NCBI GenBank assembly: GCA_029288895.1
Contig: JARIGK010000004.1
Span: forward strand, 13,621 to 77,620
Length of the DNA stretch: 64,000 nt
Origin: Candidatus Adlerbacteria bacterium
Lineage (GTDB): Bacteria; Patescibacteriota; Minisyncoccia; Phycocordibacterales; SBAW01
Direction: 5' to 3'
The notes beneath the pieces were generated by a model that had not been told where the DNA came from, ran no database searches, and saw nothing but the letters and a program-made list of their open reading frames with translations. Shown piece after piece: positions 47,352 through 55,980 of the stretch. Numbering within the stretch: position 1 is the stretch's first letter; every line of letters begins with the position of its first letter. Position numbers and translations under genes: made by a program.

Positions 47352-49766
47352 TTATTTTTTGCGGAGCACAAAGTAGATAAAGTCAGGGAAGAGTTGTGTG
47401 CCCAAGGTGTCGCTTTCAGCAATGTCTACAATCTCGAGACCATGTTTCTTGAAGAGTTCGACATAATATTCAAGCGGGCGATGATAGTCTGTAAACTCAA
47501 GGCCGTTTTCATGCACAATTTTAGTATGCTGGAATTCTTTTTCGTACGATGCGTTCGCCGGAAGTATACGATGCGTTACGATGCTGTCGCGCATGTCGTC
47601 AAAGGCCGGGTGGCAAAAACTTAGTAGCAGCGTGCCATTATCATTGAGCAAGCGCTTCATATTTTCTATCAACACCCCGTGCTCTTCTTTTTTGGTAATA
47701 CAGAGCCAAAGGTTCGAGTAGACCATGTCGAACTTATGCTCAAGTAACGGAAGTGTTTTGTAGAATTCTTCTTTTGTAAGGAAAGTCGGCTTTGTAAATT
47801 TCTTTTTTGCAGAAGCAAGCAGACGCTCTGATTCGTTAATTGCAGTCACAGCGTAGCCTTTGTCTGCAAGGATGTTTGCATGTTCGCCCCACTCGCAGTA
47901 GTAATCGAATATTTTCCCGCCTTTAGAAACATATGTGCGCACGAGTTTTGTAAATATTCCATCGAATACAAGGCCTTTTGCCTTTTGAATTTTCTTTGTC
48001 TGTGCCGCAATTGTTGACCACTCATTGGCGATAGCTTCCATGCGCGCCTCACGACTTGTCATATGTGTTGGTTTTTCAACGCGGAAGCACCCAACGTATA
48101 GCACGTCGATACCAGTACGCAGGAAGGTGTTTAGTGCGTCGCGCGGAGTCTCTGGCACCGATTCGTTGTCATTAAGTGATGTGTTTAACACAATTGGAAC
48201 ACCAGTTTCTTTAAAGAAAGCTGAGATAAGTGCGTGATAGCGCCCGTTATCTTCTTTGCGTACTGTTTGGATGCGCGCACTACCATCAAAATGTGTCCCT
48301 GAAGGCATTTTATCTGGATGCAACACGTCAGCATTCAGTATCATGTACGGTGCAGGCACTGAAATGTCGAACCACTTTGATGCTTCTTCCGCGAGGACGC
48401 TTGGCGCAAATGGGCGGAAATGTTCGCGATGTTTAACTTTGTGATTCAGGATGTCTTTCATCTCCGGATTGCGCGGGTCTGCAACAATGCTGCGATTGCC
48501 CAATGCGCGCGGGCCCATTTCGCTACGGCCCTGAAACCATCCAACTACTTTGCCCTCTGCAATATCATGGGCCGCTGCCGTTGTCAGTGTTGAGAGATCA
48601 AGTTTTTTATGTGTGATCATGGGTTCATTCGAAAGCGCATCGAGTATTTCCGCTTCGCTATACTCCTTGCCTTGGTAGACGGACATCTCTTTACGGACTG
48701 CATGGGCGCTATCGAATACGTTCAGTGCCCAGAATGCATCGCCCAAACATTGACCGCTGTCCCCCGCTGCCGGCTGGATGTAAATGTTTTCAATGCCAGC
48801 GTGGTCGAGCAATGCACGGTTAGACACTGCGTTGAGTCCTACGCCGCCCGCGATGCAGAGATTTTTTATGCCAGTTTTCTCTACGAGGTGTTTTACTTTG
48901 TGTATGAGCGCGCGGTCTAATTCACGTTGTATGAGCCACGCTACATCTTCTATGTCCTCATTTATTTCTTCAGTTGGTTTGCGCGCAGATATATTTATGC
49001 CGTGTTCAGCAAGCCACCGCTCAATAACTTTAGGAGAACCTTCGCGTGTGCGGTCGCTGTCGGGCACTAAACATGTAACTTTACCTTCTGGCAAAAGCTC
49101 AAACACCCGCACGTCTTTAAAACGATTGCGTTTTGAGCCATATGCAGAAAGGCCCATCAACTTACCTGCATATTTGTAGCCTGGAAATCCGCAGAAATAT
49201 GTAAAGTAGCGATACACGCCACCAAATCCGTTTTCCTGCGGACCTATTTCCTCACGTTCAAGCAGATCTAATTCTTTTCCATTGCCTAAAAAGTAACTGC
49301 TGTGCTCGAACTGATTTTCCCAATAGCGGTTTTGATTTTTTGTTCCTGACTTAAAACTATTTCCAAGCATATTGCCATCGCCGTCGAGAACCATAACAAT
49401 CGCTTTTTCAAATGGTGATGGCCAAAATGCGCTATATGCATGCGAAAGATGGTGCCCGCACACTCGTATTTTTGAAAGCGGCACGCTAAACCCGCGTTTC
49501 TCGAGTTGTTTTTGAACATCCTGTTCGCGTGCTTTGATATCGAGACATGAGCTTGCGACAAAGAGATCTATGTCATCTATAGAAAGATTGTTGTTTTCAA
49601 GTATGTAATTGATGCTCTGCACAAAGCCGGCATCGTATTGCTTACGAGTAAGACGCTCTTCATTGATAAGCATCTTTACTTCCCCATCTACTACCAAACA
49701 CGCGCCGCCGTTGTCGAGCGGAAGCCCGTATGAGTTATGTTCTAGATTAAATCCCAGTATTTTCAT
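47352..49766 (-). CDS. NodU/CmcH-family carbamoyltransferase fused to a C-terminal class I SAM methyltransferase domain (804 aa)
   Basis: Carbam_trans N/C domains with CGHHLSHAYSAF and the Kae1/YrdC-like fold. C-terminal FDYYCEWGEH methyltransferase domain. Confidence 0.8.
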   Translation of the reverse strand: MKILGFNLEHNSYGLPLDNGGACLVVDGEVKMLINEERLTRKQYDAGFVQSINYILENNNLSIDDIDLFVASSCLDIKAREQDVQKQLEKRGFSVPLSKIRVCGHHLSHAYSAFWPSPFEKAIVMVLDGDGNMLGNSFKSGTKNQNRYWENQFEHSSYFLGNGKELDLLEREEIGPQENGFGGVYRYFTYFCGFPGYKYAGKLMGLSAYGSKRNRFKDVRVFELLPEGKVTCLVPDSDRTREGSPKVIERWLAEHGINISARKPTEEINEDIEDVAWLIQRELDRALIHKVKHLVEKTGIKNLCIAGGVGLNAVSNRALLDHAGIENIYIQPAAGDSGQCLGDAFWALNVFDSAHAVRKEMSVYQGKEYSEAEILDALSNEPMITHKKLDLSTLTTAAAHDIAEGKVVGWFQGRSEMGPRALGNRSIVADPRNPEMKDILNHKVKHREHFRPFAPSVLAEEASKWFDISVPAPYMILNADVLHPDKMPSGTHFDGSARIQTVRKEDNGRYHALISAFFKETGVPIVLNTSLNDNESVPETPRDALNTFLRTGIDVLYVGCFRVEKPTHMTSREARMEAIANEWSTIAAQTKKIQKAKGLVFDGIFTKLVRTYVSKGGKIFDYYCEWGEHANILADKGYAVTAINESERLLASAKKKFTKPTFLTKEEFYKTLPLLEHKFDMVYSNLWLCITKKEEHGVLIENMKRLLNDNGTLLLSFCHPAFDDMRDSIVTHRILPANASYEKEFQHTKIVHENGLEFTDYHRPLEYYVELFKKHGLEIVDIAESDTLGTQLFPDFIYFVLRKK

Positions 49767-49808
49767 AGTTTTTCTTTATGAGTCTGCGAATTTAGTTCGC
49801 AGACTCAA

Positions 49809-50033
49809 TCAAGGGGAGAAATTACTTTCTCCCAGTTCATAGGTGAGAGCATGGCGCGTACCACTTTCGCAGTAGCGCTCCAGAAGCATTTCTGCTTCCT
49901 CGACCCTTCCCTGGCGGGTAAGGTACATGCACATCGCCTGAACGGTCTCGTCGTTCAAACGATGCTGCACCCAGCAGCGTTCGTCTCCCAAAATAGAGGA
50001 GACAATAACGCCGACGTAGACTTTATGAGCCAT
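49809..50033 (-). CDS. small hypothetical protein (75 aa) preceded by repeat-leader copy 2
   Basis: SD aaaggaggg then ATG (MAHKVYVGVIV...). The track ORF 49809..50114 extends into the repeat. Confidence 0.4.
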   Translation of the reverse strand: MAHKVYVGVIVSSILGDERCWVQHRLNDETVQAMCMYLTRQGRVEEAEMLLERYCESGTRHALTYELGESNFSP

Positions 50034-50073
50034 AGGCCCTCCTTTCTTGCCGCGGGATTGCAGCCATGTTGTG

Positions 50074-50150
50074 TGGAAAGTACTTCTATTTGAACGTTTT
50101 GCTCTATAAGCCATCGATTTCTACAATCAAAGGCTTAATTGAGAGGAGAA
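50074..50150 (-). repeat. leader repeat copy 2: TGTGTGGAAAGTACTTCTATTTGAACGTTTTGCTCTATAAGCCATC ... AAAGGCTTAATTGAGAGGAGAAGG
   Basis: 45/46 identical to copy 3 over the core. Lies in the 5' UTR of gene 49809..50033. Confidence 0.6.
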
Positions 50151-50246
50151 GGTGTCAGTTTCTCCTTGATAGTTTTGGCCTTACTGCCCCGATTTCTCGG
50201 GTACTCAGACCTTCTGTTGCCAACCCGGATATCAGCCGGGTCCGGA

Positions 50247-50642
50247 CTAGAGGCGACACACAATCTCATCTTCTGGTTCCCACGGGAGGCCTTTAGGGCC
50301 CCGTAAGTCCCACTTGTGAGACCATGTACCATCGACTTTTAGGTCGATAGTACATACGTTTCCACAAAGCATGAGAAGGTGAAGTTTTCTAGATTGTTTT
50401 TGCCCCTTTAAGGCATCCACAATCGTAAAAATGTCGGCTAGATCACACCTTGCACGGCCAGCTTTTTCGACAAGTTTCCATACTTTAGAAACAGGCGAAG
50501 TCTCTGTGAGATAGAGACTACGAGCTGGCAACTTAACCAAGCGAACCAACTTGATCTCCTGGCGAGTATCCATGACCGTAAGGTCATAGTAGAGTTCGGC
50601 GAAGATAGGGAAGTTGATAGCGGCGGCATCGATACGGGCCAT
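50247..50642 (-). CDS. hypothetical protein (131 aa) preceded by repeat-leader copy 3
   Basis: SD gaggaaa. No family assigned. Confidence 0.45.
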   Translation of the reverse strand: MARIDAAAINFPIFAELYYDLTVMDTRQEIKLVRLVKLPARSLYLTETSPVSKVWKLVEKAGRARCDLADIFTIVDALKGQKQSRKLHLLMLCGNVCTIDLKVDGTWSHKWDLRGPKGLPWEPEDEIVCRL

Positions 50643-50681
50643 TTGTATTTCCTCTGCCCTATTTGGGCGTTGCTTGTATGT

Positions 50682-50777
50682 GTGAAAGTACTTCTATTTG
50701 AACGTTTTGCTCTATAAGCCATCAATTTGGTTGGAATTAAAGGCTTAATTGAGGGGAGGTCGATTGCTCGACCTCCC
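50682..50777 (-). repeat. leader repeat copy 3 plus adjacent perfect 10-bp hairpin (gggaggtcga-ttgc-tcgacctccc)
   Basis: Core identical to copy 2. The hairpin at 50754..50777 may terminate the upstream small gene. Confidence 0.6.
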
Positions 50778-50780
50778 GAA

Positions 50781-50927
50781 CTAGTTCTTCTGCCCTCGTG
50801 TGGCGATGAGGCCCCATACCAGTGCCACAACAACGACGGCAGCGATAAGGCAGATGATCACTACGGCGCCCTGGCCATCCGACTGAGACGCGGCATTGGA
50901 TACGGCGTATGCTTGGTAACCCTTCAT
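50781..50927 (-). CDS. small membrane protein (48 aa)
   Basis: MKGYQAYAVSNAASQSDGQGAVVIICLIAAVVVVALVWGLIATRGQKN. SD gaggagag. The motif CGCCCAATAGGGCAGAGGA upstream is shared with gene 50247..50642. Confidence 0.3.
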   Translation of the reverse strand: MKGYQAYAVSNAASQSDGQGAVVIICLIAAVVVVALVWGLIATRGQKN

Positions 50928-51072
50928 GACTCTCTCCTCTGCCCTATTGGGCGGTTTTTCGATGTACTGAGTGAACTGATATAAGAATAGCACGGTAAAA
51001 CAGTAATGTCAATAAATATTGATGATAAAAAATTGACAGAAAAGCATTGATAATGCTAGAGTTTTAGAGAAG

Positions 51073-51837
51073 ATGTCAAAAAATATTGATGATAATCCAA
51101 ATAAGGAGTTGCTGGCAAAGCTCGCGGAATTAGGCCTCTCCGATAAGGAGGCTCGGGTCTATATGGCCCTCCTGCCCCGACAGGATACGGGTACTTCTAA
51201 CCTTATTCGGGCCACCGGCCTCCATGGGCAGTTTGTATACACCGCTTTGGAGCGGCTCGAAGAGATGGGCCTGGCCAAACACGTGGTCCAAAACGGCCGG
51301 AAGAAGTTTAGTGCCGGCAGCCCCGAACGCATTCTGGCCTTGGTTGAGGAAAAGAAGCTCGCCGCCCAGCAGGTGGTCCGCCAGCTTGCACAGCAGTTTG
51401 CCGGCAAGCACGAACAGAGCTTCGAGGTCTTCCAGGGCGATACATCCTTTATTGCCCATGAGTTTGCCCTGCTTGAGGCCTGCCCGGATGGCAGCTCTAT
51501 AGACATCATTGCCGGCAGTGGCGACAAATATGTGGACATTTTTGGGGTGGAACTGAACGAATATGAGCGTATCCGTATAGAAAAGAAGGTCGCCTTGCGC
51601 TATATAAGCACCTCTGGCAACCAGAATTACTTGAAAATAATGGCTCAAACTAGGCCTTTTTTCGAATATCGGGTCCTCCCCCAGTCGGCGCCCCAGGTAG
51701 ACACAGATATATATGAGGACAAGATCAATTTTATGATATACGGCCAGCCCGTGGTCTCGTTTACGTTTACAAATAAGGAGGTGGCGAAGGGATACAAAGG
51801 CTTTTTTGATGTTTTGTGGAATTTATCCACTCAATAA
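51073..51837 (+). CDS. TrmB-family transcriptional regulator (paralog 3)
   Basis: wHTH (ARVYMALLPRQDTGTSNLIRATGLHGQFVYTALERLEEMGLA) and TrmB C-terminal domain. Confidence 0.7.
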   Translation: MSKNIDDNPNKELLAKLAELGLSDKEARVYMALLPRQDTGTSNLIRATGLHGQFVYTALERLEEMGLAKHVVQNGRKKFSAGSPERILALVEEKKLAAQQVVRQLAQQFAGKHEQSFEVFQGDTSFIAHEFALLEACPDGSSIDIIAGSGDKYVDIFGVELNEYERIRIEKKVALRYISTSGNQNYLKIMAQTRPFFEYRVLPQSAPQVDTDIYEDKINFMIYGQPVVSFTFTNKEVAKGYKGFFDVLWNLSTQ

Positions 51838-52237
51838 AGGGGTTTTTGGGTACAACAAAGGCCCAACGCGATATCAAACCTCCAGGAGAAATATGTTAGG
51901 AAGTTTTAAGACACTGCTTTGGGCCTGGTTACCTCGCTTCTCGAACAACTTTGAAGGAACTACGCACATTGATCTTAGATACGATATCTCTGTTCCAAAA
52001 ATTTGAAGAATGGGTGCAGATTCGTATATGAATCAACTTTTTCGAACGAAAGTTGGTCCGGAAATGAGAGCAACACGATGCGTGTGCGCTACACTCTGTG
52101 GGAAGAACTGTTTTGCAAGGACTCCTTAATCCAGGGCAGGAAATTAATTTGTCTTATTGCTTGTATGGTCCGCTGTTAATACTACGGTTATAAAGGACAC
52201 TGTAAAGGACATATAAGAGACAAACTGGGGATAAGCC

Positions 52238-53713
52238 TTATGAGACAAAGTATTTCTTCTCTATGTCTTTTATATCCTCTGCCTCTGCAGCATCTTTTTT
52301 CTCTTTCCCTGCCTCACCCAGCTTTATAAGCTCAGCGTCAGAAAGTGTATGTAAATCAAGGAGTTTTTGCGAAAGATACTCTTTTGTATTGCGTGCCGGG
52401 TCGTCCAAGACCTCTTCCAATAGCGCATGGAGCATCCAGCCCAAACGCGGGCCGGCCTTCTCCCCTGTTATGTCCATGACATCTTTGCCATTTACGGCCA
52501 ACATTGCCACCGAAATTGGGTCGCGCAGCGCTTGTTCGATCATTGCCTGATATTTGCGTAGACGGAAGGGCTGTTCTTTAGGCCTACCGGTCCCTATACG
52601 GTCGCATATGCGTAGTTTCACTAGGTTTTCGATATGATCCCTACCTACGTTGGTTATGATGCGCCTGACGGCAGATAACGTGATTTTGTCGGGGTCAGAA
52701 AAGAACATGTGCCAACGCACCAGGGTTGAGACCGTATCTATGGTTTCACGTGTAAACTTGAGGTTCTCAAGCGTCTTTTTAGCTATTTTGGCCCCTACCA
52801 CCTCGTGGCCATGGAAGGTCCAGTCATGTTTCTCATCACTCCAGCGGCGGCTGGCAGGCTTGCCGATGTCGTGTAACAAGGCGGCCAAACGTACTTCAAA
52901 GCCCCAGCCCTTGTCTGCGGCATGCTGCAGCGAACGTAGGTTGTGCTCAAAGACATCGAAGCTATGAGCCTGGTTTTGCTCGATATCAATTCCCTTCTGT
53001 AACTCTGGCACGATATATCCCAAAATACCTATATTTTGAGCCAAAATAACCGCATCCATCGGCTTTTGGGAGTTCACGATCCGGATAAATTCGTCGCGGA
53101 TGCGCTCTTTCGAGATCCTGGCCAGCTGCCCCGCACACTGTTTCATGGCCTCTTTGGTGTGTTCTTCGATAGAAAAGCCAAGTTCTGCCGATATACGGAT
53201 GGCGCGCATAATGCGCAGCGCATCTTCGGCAAAGCGCTCTTCTGGTTCCCCTACTGCCCGCAAAATGCCCGCCGAAGTGTCCTTAATGCCCCCGTAGAGG
53301 TCCAAGAGCTGCTGTGTCGCTGGGTTGTAGGCAAGCGCGTTAATCGTAAAATCACGGCGTTTCAGGTCGTCTTCGATGTGCTGGCTAAACTGTACCGAGT
53401 CTGGGCGGCGAGCATCGCTGTACTTCCCTTCTGTGCGGTACGGCGTGGCTTCGACTATCCGTACCGATTCATCCTCCGCACCCTCGTTCACGATGCCGAC
53501 GGTGCCAAAATCGTTGGTATAAAAGGTGTTTTCGAATAACCCCTGGATCTGCTCGGGCGTGGCATTGGTGGTGATATCCCAGTCTTTGGGACGGCGGCCA
53601 AGGAGCATGTCGCGCACGCACCCCCCTACTATCCAGGCCTCAAAGCCCGCCTTTGTAAGGGTCTCTGTTATTCGTGAAACTTCCGCAGGGATTTGGTTTC
53701 GTAAGAGCTCCAT
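52238..53713 (-). CDS. cca: CCA-adding tRNA nucleotidyltransferase with HD domain
   Basis: PolyA_pol head (GGCVRDMLLGRRPKDWDITT) and an HD phosphohydrolase motif in the C-terminal half. Confidence 0.85.
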   Translation of the reverse strand: MELLRNQIPAEVSRITETLTKAGFEAWIVGGCVRDMLLGRRPKDWDITTNATPEQIQGLFENTFYTNDFGTVGIVNEGAEDESVRIVEATPYRTEGKYSDARRPDSVQFSQHIEDDLKRRDFTINALAYNPATQQLLDLYGGIKDTSAGILRAVGEPEERFAEDALRIMRAIRISAELGFSIEEHTKEAMKQCAGQLARISKERIRDEFIRIVNSQKPMDAVILAQNIGILGYIVPELQKGIDIEQNQAHSFDVFEHNLRSLQHAADKGWGFEVRLAALLHDIGKPASRRWSDEKHDWTFHGHEVVGAKIAKKTLENLKFTRETIDTVSTLVRWHMFFSDPDKITLSAVRRIITNVGRDHIENLVKLRICDRIGTGRPKEQPFRLRKYQAMIEQALRDPISVAMLAVNGKDVMDITGEKAGPRLGWMLHALLEEVLDDPARNTKEYLSQKLLDLHTLSDAELIKLGEAGKEKKDAAEAEDIKDIEKKYFVS

Positions 53714-53740
53714 GGCACAATTTTACCACGGGCAATATAT

Positions 53741-53812
53741 GCTCCTGTGGTGAAATGGATATCACGGCTGGCTTCGAACCAGCTGTTCCAGGTTCGAGTC
53801 CTGGCGGGAGCA
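53741..53812 (+). tRNA. tRNA-Arg (anticodon TCG)
   Basis: Manual cloverleaf: acceptor GCTCCTG/CGGGAGC (one G-U), D arm GTGA-AATGGATA-TCAC, anticodon stem GCTGG/CCAGC with loop CTTCGAA, T arm CCAGG-TTCGAGT-CCTGG. Confidence 0.85.
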
Positions 53813-53876
53813 CACGTTCGACCAGTTTTGCTCGCTCAGTGTGTAGAGCTGTGCTATAGTCTTCATTGTTCAGAAC

Positions 53877-53947
53877 GCGGATATGGTTTAGTGGTAGAAC
53901 ACCTCCTTGCCAAGGAGGAGACGGGAGTTCGATTCTCCCTATCCGCA
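53877..53947 (+). tRNA. tRNA-Gly (anticodon GCC)
   Basis: Acceptor GCGGATA/TATCCGC, anticodon stem CCTCC/GGAGG with loop TTGCCAA, T arm GGGAG-TTCGATT-CTCCC. Confidence 0.85.
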
Positions 53948-54089
53948 CCGAGGTTTCTCAAAGCCCCCTTATAAGACACATTTGTGGATAAAAGTGGGGA
54001 GAAGTGTATAAAAGACGTCTTTTAAGGCTTTTGTACGTTTCATATGTAACGTTTCCCTCACAAAGGTTCACGTGTAACACCTGTGGGGT

Positions 54090-54473
54090 ATGGAAAAGAC
54101 TAAAAAGCGTAGAATAGGTGACATTGGCGAAGAGGTAGCTTCGAAATATCTAGTAAAGAAGGGCTATTCTATAGTCGGGAGGAACTATCTCAAACCTTGG
54201 GGTGAGTTGGATATCATAGCCACGAAGGGTGGGAAACTACACTTTGTAGAGGTAAAGACAGTTTCACGTGAATCGGGTAGGGGGCAAAAAGGCCGCCCCG
54301 AGGACAATATGCATGAATATAAGTTGAAGAGGCTGCACCGAGCTATCCAGACCTACCTGCTCGAGAAGAAGATGGGGAGTGGGGTAGAGTGGCAGCTCGA
54401 TCTGGCTTGTGTTTATTTGGATTTTTCGACTAAGCGCGCTACAGTTGAGCTCTTGGAGAATATTATCCTCTGA
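54090..54473 (+). CDS. yraN: YraN-family (UPF0102) endonuclease
   Basis: IGDIGEEVASKYL...GELDIIA...EVKT motif pattern of the YraN family. Confidence 0.75.
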   Translation: MEKTKKRRIGDIGEEVASKYLVKKGYSIVGRNYLKPWGELDIIATKGGKLHFVEVKTVSRESGRGQKGRPEDNMHEYKLKRLHRAIQTYLLEKKMGSGVEWQLDLACVYLDFSTKRATVELLENIIL

Positions 54474-54498
54474 GATGTCGTAAAGGACATAAAAGACA

Positions 54499-54572
54499 CG
54501 GGACGTAGTATAGTGGTAGTACACTTGCTTTGGGAGCATGTAGTCCGAGTTCGATTCTCGGCGTCCCGACCA
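54499..54572 (+). tRNA. tRNA-Pro (anticodon TGG), CCA encoded
   Basis: Acceptor CGGGACG/CGTCCCG, anticodon loop TTTGGGA (U33, G37), T arm CCGAG-TTCGATT-CTCGG. One T-T mismatch in the anticodon stem. Confidence 0.75.
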
Positions 54573-54585
54573 AAAACAATAGGAT

Positions 54586-55455
54586 ATGCAACGTATAACG
54601 CTTACGACACAGCCAGCAGCAGGGTATGAACTGCTCGATTCTGGAAGGGAAGAGAAGCTCGAGCGTTTTGGAGACGTTGTATTGCGCCGCCCCGACCCGC
54701 AAGCGTTGTGGGAAAAGCACTTGGGCGAAGGGGAGTGGAATGCTGCAAACGGCACCTACGTGCGCGAAAGTGGGGAAGCGGGGAAATGGACAGGCACTAT
54801 CCCCAAAGAATGGCAGATCGAATTTGGCGGCCTCAATTTTTTACTAAAACCAACAAGTTTTAAACACACCGGTTTGTTTCCCGAGCAGGAGCAGAATTGG
54901 CACTGGAGCGCAGAACAAATTAAAGGGGCGGAAAGGGAAGTGAACGTACTCAACCTGTTTGGCTATACCGGCGGGGCGACGCTTGCGGCAGCAAAAGCTG
55001 GTGCGAAAGTCACTCACGTTGATGCGTCGAAGACTGCAGTAGCCTGGGCGCGCCACAATGCCGAGCTTTCGGGTTTACAAGATGCGCCGGTGCGCTGGAT
55101 CGTCGAAGACGTGCTTACATTTGTCGAGCGTGAGATAAAGCGCGGCACGAAGTACGATGCCATGGTGATGGACCCACCAGCCTTTGGCCACGGGCCAGCA
55201 GGGGAATTGTGGAAAATCGAAGAGAGCTTCTTGCAATTGATGAAGCTACTGCCCGAGCTTCTTACAGAAAAGCCATTGTTTGTTTTGATAAACGGCTATG
55301 CAGCAGGATATTCGCCATTGGCATTTGCATATAACTTAGAGCCGCTCAAGCAGAAGTTTGGCGGCGATATCGAATACGGTGATATAGAAATTGCCGAAAA
55401 AGACGGCCGCGTGTTGCCGTGCGGTATCTTTGCACGGTGGAAAACTCAGGCTTGA
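54586..55455 (+). CDS. class I SAM-dependent methyltransferase (RlmI/RlmK-like rRNA methyltransferase family)
   Basis: GYTGGATLAAAKAGA SAM motif and DPPAF motif IV. Confidence 0.6.
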   Translation: MQRITLTTQPAAGYELLDSGREEKLERFGDVVLRRPDPQALWEKHLGEGEWNAANGTYVRESGEAGKWTGTIPKEWQIEFGGLNFLLKPTSFKHTGLFPEQEQNWHWSAEQIKGAEREVNVLNLFGYTGGATLAAAKAGAKVTHVDASKTAVAWARHNAELSGLQDAPVRWIVEDVLTFVEREIKRGTKYDAMVMDPPAFGHGPAGELWKIEESFLQLMKLLPELLTEKPLFVLINGYAAGYSPLAFAYNLEPLKQKFGGDIEYGDIEIAEKDGRVLPCGIFARWKTQA

Positions 55456-55656
55456 CCGTACAGCAGAGCGGGCGTACGGTAGAGATATGGAACGCGCAGC
55501 AAGCACAAATTACTTTTTTAAGTGGTTTACCTCGTCCCTCGAGGGTTTTGTGCTGCGGTAGTTCATACGAATACCGAAACAACCACAAGACTCTCGAAAG
55601 GGGGTCTTGTTTCGTTTTGGATGGTTCTGGTTCTTTTTGAAAGAGGAGGAGAGAAA

Positions 55657-55944
55657 ATGAAGCACTTTCTGTGGCCTGATGTAGATGGACATCCGGCATT
55701 TAGGGAAAAGGACCCTGAGCTCAAACACATGAGTGTTGCTCTCCAGTATGGTATCGCTACCGTACAGTCGAGAGACGCGACCTTGGAAGACCTGCAGGCC
55801 ATCAAGGCCAATATCGAAAAGCTCTACGAAGGTAAGCCTACAAGCGGCTATACCCAAAGCGTTATCAATGCGCTTGAGCAAAGGCTCATTCCACCGGGGC
55901 CTAAGGAGATGCAAGGTTTCGAGCACCAAGCTCTCACCGATTAA
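55657..55944 (+). CDS. hypothetical protein (95 aa)
   Basis: Strong SD gaggaggagag. Terminator downstream. Confidence 0.45.
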   Translation: MKHFLWPDVDGHPAFREKDPELKHMSVALQYGIATVQSRDATLEDLQAIKANIEKLYEGKPTSGYTQSVINALEQRLIPPGPKEMQGFEHQALTD

Positions 55945-55951
55945 GTGCGAA

Positions 55952-55980
55952 GCCGAGTAGCAATGCTCGGCTTTTTCTTT
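55952..55980. terminator. bidirectional rho-independent terminator
   Basis: gccgag-tagcaatg-ctcggc followed by tttttcttt. Confidence 0.6.

Noticed and set aside
49809-50114. Conserved N-terminal peptide MAYRAKRSNRSTF shared by track ORFs 46214..46651, 49809..50114 and 50438..50833
   Set aside because: The conservation is at the nucleotide level. One copy lacks the ATG and carries an indel, and the three ORFs continue into unrelated frames or sequences. The motif is better explained as a non-coding repeat element in the 5' regions of the downstream genes.
46556-50777. Possibility that the 46.5-50.8 kb repeats are a CRISPR array
   Set aside because: There are only three clear copies. The units are about 80-110 nt with irregular spacing (about 3.5 kb and 0.6 kb). 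Protein-coding genes lie between them and no cas genes are present. The repeats are therefore a dispersed leader or regulatory family and do not form a CRISPR array.
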